Both the position numbers and the translations under genes were made by a program. Under the pieces are notes generated by a model. The model was not told the DNA's origin. It worked only from the letters and a program-made list of their open reading frames with translations, and did not search any database. Positions 58,858-64,000 of a stretch of 64,000 nt of DNA are shown piece by piece. The first letter of the stretch is position 1, and the number at the start of each line of letters is the position of its first letter. The DNA is from a virus: the IMG/VR virus record IMGVR_UViG_3300029789_000001; one strand, 5' to 3'.

Positions 58858-59209
58858 ATATTCTTGGTTCTGTATTAATGTTTTTAGAACTCATATATTG
58901 GTAAAGCCATTTAACATTATTTACAACAAAAGTGTTACCTTTTATATCTGTAAATAATATTTTCTTGTACTTATCCATAATTAGTCCCGATAATACTAAC
59001 AAAGGATTTCTAATATATGTTGCAAATGTTCCCCCCTTTATACTTTCTCCAGAAATAATTCTTAATGTATTATTAAGATATTGATACTTCTTATTGAAAG
59101 CATTAGCATAGTTAACATGTGTAGTCTTAGAAATATTGTATTCTGCATCAATCTGTGCTGAGAGCATTATTACTAATTCTCCCAGAGTATTGTGATTCAT
59201 TGTCACCAT
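58850..59209 (-). CDS. hypothetical protein
   Basis: ORF track, 119 aa. Confidence 0.35.
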   Translation of the reverse strand: MVTMNHNTLGELVIMLSAQIDAEYNISKTTHVNYANAFNKKYQYLNNTLRIISGESIKGGTFATYIRNPLLVLSGLIMDKYKKILFTDIKGNTFVVNNVKWLYQYMSSKNINTEPRIYG

Positions 59210-59466
59210 TGATAAATTCCTCCCAAAGATAATTGTGCTTGTAATGTTTCTAAGTCACTTTTGATTGGAAGTTCTTTACCATGAATAGCTTTGTACTCCT
59301 TACTTACTTGTGCAATAGTTTTCTTTTTAGAAAAGACTAATGCTGTAATCTTAATAATGTCTTTTGTCTCCATTTTTTTAAACTATTTAATTATTAATAA
59401 TGTGCCATCACCTTTCTCATTTAAGAGTCTGCTACTTTGGATATGCAGGATGTAGGTTTACACTAG

Positions 59467-59491
59467 AGCCCTATCTATCACAGACCGAACT
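59467..59491. repeat. 25-bp direct repeat, copy 1 (AGCCCTATCTATCACAGACCGAACT)
   Basis: An exact second copy lies at 59551..59575, in a 330-bp intergenic region. Confidence 0.8.
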
Positions 59492-59550
59492 CTAATATTT
59501 GTCTTTGTAATCTATTGTGTTTATGAACATAATAGATTACTAAAGTAACT

Positions 59551-59575
59551 AGCCCTATCTATCACAGACCGAACT
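59551..59575. repeat. 25-bp direct repeat, copy 2
   Basis: Identical to 59467..59491. Confidence 0.8.
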
Positions 59576-59729
59576 AGCGAAAATGATCTAAACTGTATAT
59601 TGTTGATAACTATTTTATTTTAAAAATACATAAGTCTTGTCTTATGATTAACTAATTTTCTTTCCAAGATGCCAACTATTTATTATACTCTATAGTACTA
59701 GAGTACAGAGATTATCTTCATTCTTTTAC

Positions 59730-60104
59730 TTAATAAACTTCACTTCTTAAAGATTCGTAACCTTCATACATTGGAAATTCTGAATTAAGAGTAATCTTAA
59801 TAAAGACTCTGTCGTCGATAGTTACAAGTCCTACAGTTTTAATATTGCGATTACAATTATTAAAACTAGTACAAATAACTGTATTGGAGGTAAAATCTGC
59901 TACGCCTTTAAAACCCATATCAACAAGAACTTTACACATTGGTGTCAAGTAATAAATTTTACCTTCTTTAATAACACAAGAAGAAAATGGAATTACTCTA
60001 TCACCAATGTGATAAGTTCTAGCATCATGATCTATTGTAAGAGCCTTACCTGCAAGACTCTCACAACCTGATACAATTTTTTTATTTAATTTCTCTGTAT
60101 TCAT
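59730..60104 (-). CDS. hypothetical protein
   Basis: ORF track, 124 aa. Confidence 0.35.
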   Translation of the reverse strand: MNTEKLNKKIVSGCESLAGKALTIDHDARTYHIGDRVIPFSSCVIKEGKIYYLTPMCKVLVDMGFKGVADFTSNTVICTSFNNCNRNIKTVGLVTIDDRVFIKITLNSEFPMYEGYESLRSEVY

Positions 60105-60543
60105 CTATTACATCAATTAAGTCTTGGAATGTATATTTTCCAATATCTGATTTATCTCCAACCCAATAAAGAGCTTTAGCAATCTGTTTGAGTTCAGACT
60201 TAGTTAATTCACCCAACTTATATTGCTGAATTTTTTTAACTAGTCTTTGCATAGTATCATAAGCATTATAAGAGAAAGTATGTTCTCCACCAGATTTTCT
60301 AGTGTATGTAATATATTTACTATCACAATACTTTACATCATCTGAATGCTTAATAAGACCATTAACACAAGCATTCATTCGAGCTTCCAAAGCTTCTACT
60401 ATAATATTAGTATAAGCCTCAAATACTTCTTCTGCAAACTTCTTGAAATCTCTTTTTGATGGAGTTTCAGAGAAATTTACTTTTTTAATAGGAATAGTCA
60501 CAGAAATTGTATATTCCTTCTCATTTTGAAATACATTTATCAT
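60082..60543 (-). CDS. hypothetical protein
   Basis: ORF track, 153 aa. Confidence 0.35.
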   Translation of the reverse strand: MINVFQNEKEYTISVTIPIKKVNFSETPSKRDFKKFAEEVFEAYTNIIVEALEARMNACVNGLIKHSDDVKYCDSKYITYTRKSGGEHTFSYNAYDTMQRLVKKIQQYKLGELTKSELKQIAKALYWVGDKSDIGKYTFQDLIDVIDEYREIK

Positions 60544-60625
60544 AAATTCATTTCTTTAAAATCATCGTATGCTATTTTACTCATTCCTATAAGTAGAATA
60601 ATTAAAATAATATTTTGTAAGAATA

Positions 60626-61090
60626 TCATAACTTATAATTATTTTGTTGGTATTCTGCTACTAATAACTTAGCATTATCTGCAAGTGCTATAATGTTAGA
60701 TTTTAACAATCTTTTATAAGCACATAAGACAATGTCATAGCATGTCTGTGTAGAATCATATGGTTCTTCTTTACGATCTTCCCATTGTGCAATGGTTAAA
60801 GTATTAAGACCATAGATTCCTCCAATATAAACCTCATTTATTGTCATAAGGTTTATATCTTTAGTTCTAAACATTCCATATTTATCTGGACCAAGATTAG
60901 CATTACGAAACCCTTTACGCCAAATTCTTTTATGGAATATCATACACTCAGATAGAGTATTGGCATTACCAATTTTAGTAAGCCAACACTCATAACTATT
61001 AACAAGACCTTGTTGAAGTTTATAATCTGTAACATTCTTGTTTAATTCCCTTTTATGGAAAATTTTATTCCAAATGTTGTATTTCTTCAT
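60626..61090 (-). CDS. hypothetical protein
   Basis: ORF track, 154 aa. Confidence 0.35.
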   Translation of the reverse strand: MKKYNIWNKIFHKRELNKNVTDYKLQQGLVNSYECWLTKIGNANTLSECMIFHKRIWRKGFRNANLGPDKYGMFRTKDINLMTINEVYIGGIYGLNTLTIAQWEDRKEEPYDSTQTCYDIVLCAYKRLLKSNIIALADNAKLLVAEYQQNNYKL

Positions 61091-61095
61091 TTTAT

Positions 61096-61395
61096 TTAAA
61101 TAGTTAAATTATTTATAAGTTTAAATATCGCAGTATCAATAGATACATAATACATTTTTCGTTGTGTAAATTTCCCATTAATTATAAGATTCATCAACTT
61201 AGCTAATTCTACTGAATATGGAATATTAGTAGCTTTTACTAAGAGTTGGACTGCATAATTATGAGATTTACGATTGGCTACAGCTATGTTATGTGTTTTA
61301 ATAACTTGGTTACGCCAATGTAAGTGTTCTTTACTTTTTATCTCTCGCAGATACAATTGATGTACCTGCAAGAGACTTGATCGACCTGTTAACAT
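61096..61395 (-). CDS. hypothetical protein
   Basis: ORF track, 99 aa. Confidence 0.35.
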   Translation of the reverse strand: MLTGRSSLLQVHQLYLREIKSKEHLHWRNQVIKTHNIAVANRKSHNYAVQLLVKATNIPYSVELAKLMNLIINGKFTQRKMYYVSIDTAIFKLINNLTI

Positions 61396-61406
61396 ATTAT
61401 ATGGAA

Positions 61407-61658
61407 TTATTTATTCATATTTACTTGGATTTTTGTATTACTTCTATCCAATGCTTTATACACAGGATCATCAGCATACATACCTCTAGCTACAACATTG
61501 TTGTAGTATCTGTCGGCTTCGCTAATTTGATTAGCTTGGTTATGTACTACATTACGTAAGTCAGAATTTTCTGACTGAAGAGTAGCTATTGTAAATAACA
61601 ATGCTACAACTACTATCCCTAAAAAAATAGTAGAGATTACAAAGATATTCTTTTTCAT
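61407..61658 (-). CDS. membrane-anchored or secreted hypothetical protein
   Basis: N-terminal hydrophobic segment ISTIFLGIVVVALLFTIATL. Confidence 0.35.
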   Translation of the reverse strand: MKKNIFVISTIFLGIVVVALLFTIATLQSENSDLRNVVHNQANQISEADRYYNNVVARGMYADDPVYKALDRSNTKIQVNMNK

Positions 61659-61852
61659 TTCTGTAAAGTGTTTAATTGGGATAGAGTTGATAACCCACTA
61701 CCTTAATTAGTATTTTATTGCATAATACTACTAGTTGCCACATCGGGTGATACTGCAACCATATTTATTTACAACTCTATCCCTTATTGCCATTTAAATT
61801 TTTAACTAATAAAAAGTGAGCAGTTTAAAGTCTTGCTCAGGACTCGAAAGGA

Positions 61853-62227
61853 CTAAATAATATCCCACTCACGAAGAGCATTCAATGGCGTAGCGCCATT
61901 ATCAAGCTCTCTTTGCACTTCTGCTTTAAGACCGAACTTAGAGGCAATGCGGATAGCATCCTCAGCAGTTTTAACTACTGAAGATTTAGCTGTTTTTACA
62001 ACCACTTCTGTTTTAGTGGTAACTTTAATGTGTTTAGCTACTACATATTTACTCGAAAGAATGAGTATAATCAACATCATAACGCTCATTGCTTCCTCAT
62101 TACTTTTTGGAGTAAGTTCATTGAGATATTTTACTGCGGAATTTCTTCTAGTGTTTCCGTAAACCACCGCACTCTCAGAGTCCGCTGCTATGAGTAATTC
62201 CTCTGATTTAAACAATACTTTTATCAT
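61853..62227 (-). CDS. hypothetical protein
   Basis: ORF track, 124 aa. Confidence 0.35.
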   Translation of the reverse strand: MIKVLFKSEELLIAADSESAVVYGNTRRNSAVKYLNELTPKSNEEAMSVMMLIILILSSKYVVAKHIKVTTKTEVVVKTAKSSVVKTAEDAIRIASKFGLKAEVQRELDNGATPLNALREWDII

Positions 62228-63265
62228 TTTTTTATGTGTTAAATTTAATTATATGATATAATTATTTTATTTTCATTCTTTACATATGAGATATGAAATA
62301 GATCTAATGATTTAGCAAATTTATCTGCCAAGTCATTATTATGAAATATTATTTCAATTCCACATTCTGATATAAAGCAGCTTTGAATATTATTATCTGC
62401 TTTTCCTTTTTCGATTATTGCTTTCATATTTAATGTTATTATTGTTCATTACCGATAATAGTTATGGATTTAATATCTTTATATTCAAGAATAATATTAT
62501 TCATGTATTCATTACTAAATACTATTCTATCAAGATACTCATATTTATTCATTCCATAAGCATTAGTTATAACACCACCATTAGTAATAATAACTCCATG
62601 TACTTTCTCAATATTTGTACATAAGATATTTACTAATTCATTTAATACATTTCTATCCATAATTTTAATGTTAAAGAGTTAATAATCTAATTTAAATTAA
62701 GCACTTTAGTTTTAAGACCTATAAACCACGTTGAGGTATGCTTTACGATATAGGATTTCGTCTAAAGTAAACTTTAGACAGGGATTTCAACCTTTGGGTA
62801 AAAACCTTTTGTTTTTGTTTGTGTTTTGTTTTGTTTTATTATTTTTGATTAAACATCTTACAAAGAATAAAAATATTATTGTATAAAATTCTTATAAATT
62901 GTTTGATGTTATGAGGATTTTTGGAGTGATATATAAGTTGGTTTTAGTGAGAGAGATTGGGAAATTGAGGAAAGGTTTGGTTTGTGGATTGGGGTTAGTG
63001 TGCACACAAACTCATGCCAATCCATATAAACAACTAACCTTCCTTATCCAATCCCAACTTATCCCCCACCAATTCCAACTATCTCTCCAAACAGCATACT
63101 TGACCACGATAACTTTACCATTCTCAATCAACAACATGAAAATTCCAACAATTTGTGTCGGAAGTTGAACATTGTAGAACTCTAAAGTTTCGAGGTCAAC
63201 AAGCTTATTTTTTCCATAAACTCCCTTAATAGTTTTGTACATACAAAAAATACAAAGAATTTATA

Positions 63266-63299
63266 AAAAAAATTTTAAAGGAGAGAGATTACTCTCTCC
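63266..63299 (-). terminator. rho-independent terminator (GGAGAGAG/CTCTCTCC stem followed by a U-run on the minus strand)
   Basis: Read directly, immediately downstream of 63308..63721. Confidence 0.6.
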
Positions 63300-63307
63300 C
63301 CTTTTCT

Positions 63308-63721
63308 TTACTTAGTACCAACTACGTTTGTAAAGCGTTTTGCTCCACCATAGTTGTCAAGGATCTCAATATCACAGGTAAAACCTTTGAAGCCCTTTTC
63401 ATTGATGATTCTAACGGCATCATCAATATCGGCAGCCCCAGGCGCCAACATTGCAAGTACTCGGTTACAGTTGATAGTACGAACACCATCCAATTCAGCT
63501 ATGGCAACGTTAGCCATAGTGGCAACCACTGCCTTTGAGGCAGCGATACCACGCATAACATCGCCTGGCATTGGTTGTTCTGATGCCGATACTGATGTGT
63601 CATCAGTGAATGTAAATTTGATACCTGTGGCTTTACCATTAAGAGCTGCCATAACAGCAGCTGCACCCATGCTTACTTGGCGAAGTGCCAAAGCCCCGCC
63701 ATTCTTTACTGTAATTTTCAT
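63308..63721 (-). CDS. hypothetical, Ala/Gly/Val-rich protein with GC-rich codon usage
   Basis: 137 aa. Local GC of about 45-50% is far above the window average. No motif recognised. Confidence 0.45.
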   Translation of the reverse strand: MKITVKNGGALALRQVSMGAAAVMAALNGKATGIKFTFTDDTSVSASEQPMPGDVMRGIAASKAVVATMANVAIAELDGVRTINCNRVLAMLAPGAADIDDAVRIINEKGFKGFTCDIEILDNYGGAKRFTNVVGTK

Positions 63722-64000
63722 AATCTTTAACTTTTTAAATTTGTTAATAATTTTTGTTTGGTTTTTACTCCAAATATGTGGGGGGCTCTAAGGGGCAGTG
63801 AACACCCGTGTAAATAGCTCAATTTAATTTAAAAATTAACTACTTCAATAAAGCCATTAATGTTCCTAAAAAATAACGGGGGGGGGAATATATAAAGTAA
63901 CCTTAAAAATTTTAAAATTTTAAAAATGTAAAATATTTTTCACCGTATAAGATAAGAAGAGTATTTTCATAACTCCTTGATTATTAGGCACTTACAAATT

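Noticed and set aside
59467-59575. A possible CRISPR array, suggested by the exact 25-bp repeats.
   Set aside because: There are only two copies, with an 84-bp non-repetitive spacer and no further units. This does not fit a CRISPR array.

Overview
This 64-kb window is an AT-rich (~30% GC) segment of a large phage genome. Every gene I can support is on the minus strand, with tightly overlapping stop/start codons (ATGA type). Almost no genes have a Shine-Dalgarno sequence, and lipobox lipoproteins and an anaerobic RNR (nrdD/nrdG) point to an anaerobic, SD-independent host such as Bacteroidota. Content: (1) a replication/recombination module: Dda-like SF1 helicase, DnaB-like helicase, DnaG/TOPRIM primase, SF2 helicase, Sak4-like ATPase, SSB-like protein, SbcD/Mre11-like nuclease, RNase H. 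(2) Nucleotide metabolism: NrdD, NrdG, thioredoxin, HAD nucleotidase. (3) An NAD+ reconstitution, anti-defence-like module: Prs/Adps-like, macrodomain, NAMPT/Namat-like. (4) A flotillin (SPFH) plus AAA+ ATPase pair. (5) Two tRNA arrays with at least 17 tRNA or tRNA-like genes, several of them non-canonical. (6) An unusual density of selfish elements: an intein in nrdD, an HNH-AP2, an intron-borne HNH, two LAGLIDADG and one GIY-YIG homing-endonuclease genes. Three host genes (nrdD, SF2 helicase, NAMPT-like) are split in ways that satisfy group I intron splice rules. Three of the homing-endonuclease genes are interrupted only by TAG codons (10 TAG, 0 TAA/TGA), which suggests amber read-through or recoding. 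The last ~1.3 kb is compositionally distinct (GT/CA skew, poly-G) and may be a genome terminus or ori/pac region. All calls are from manual translation and motif recognition; no database searches were possible.
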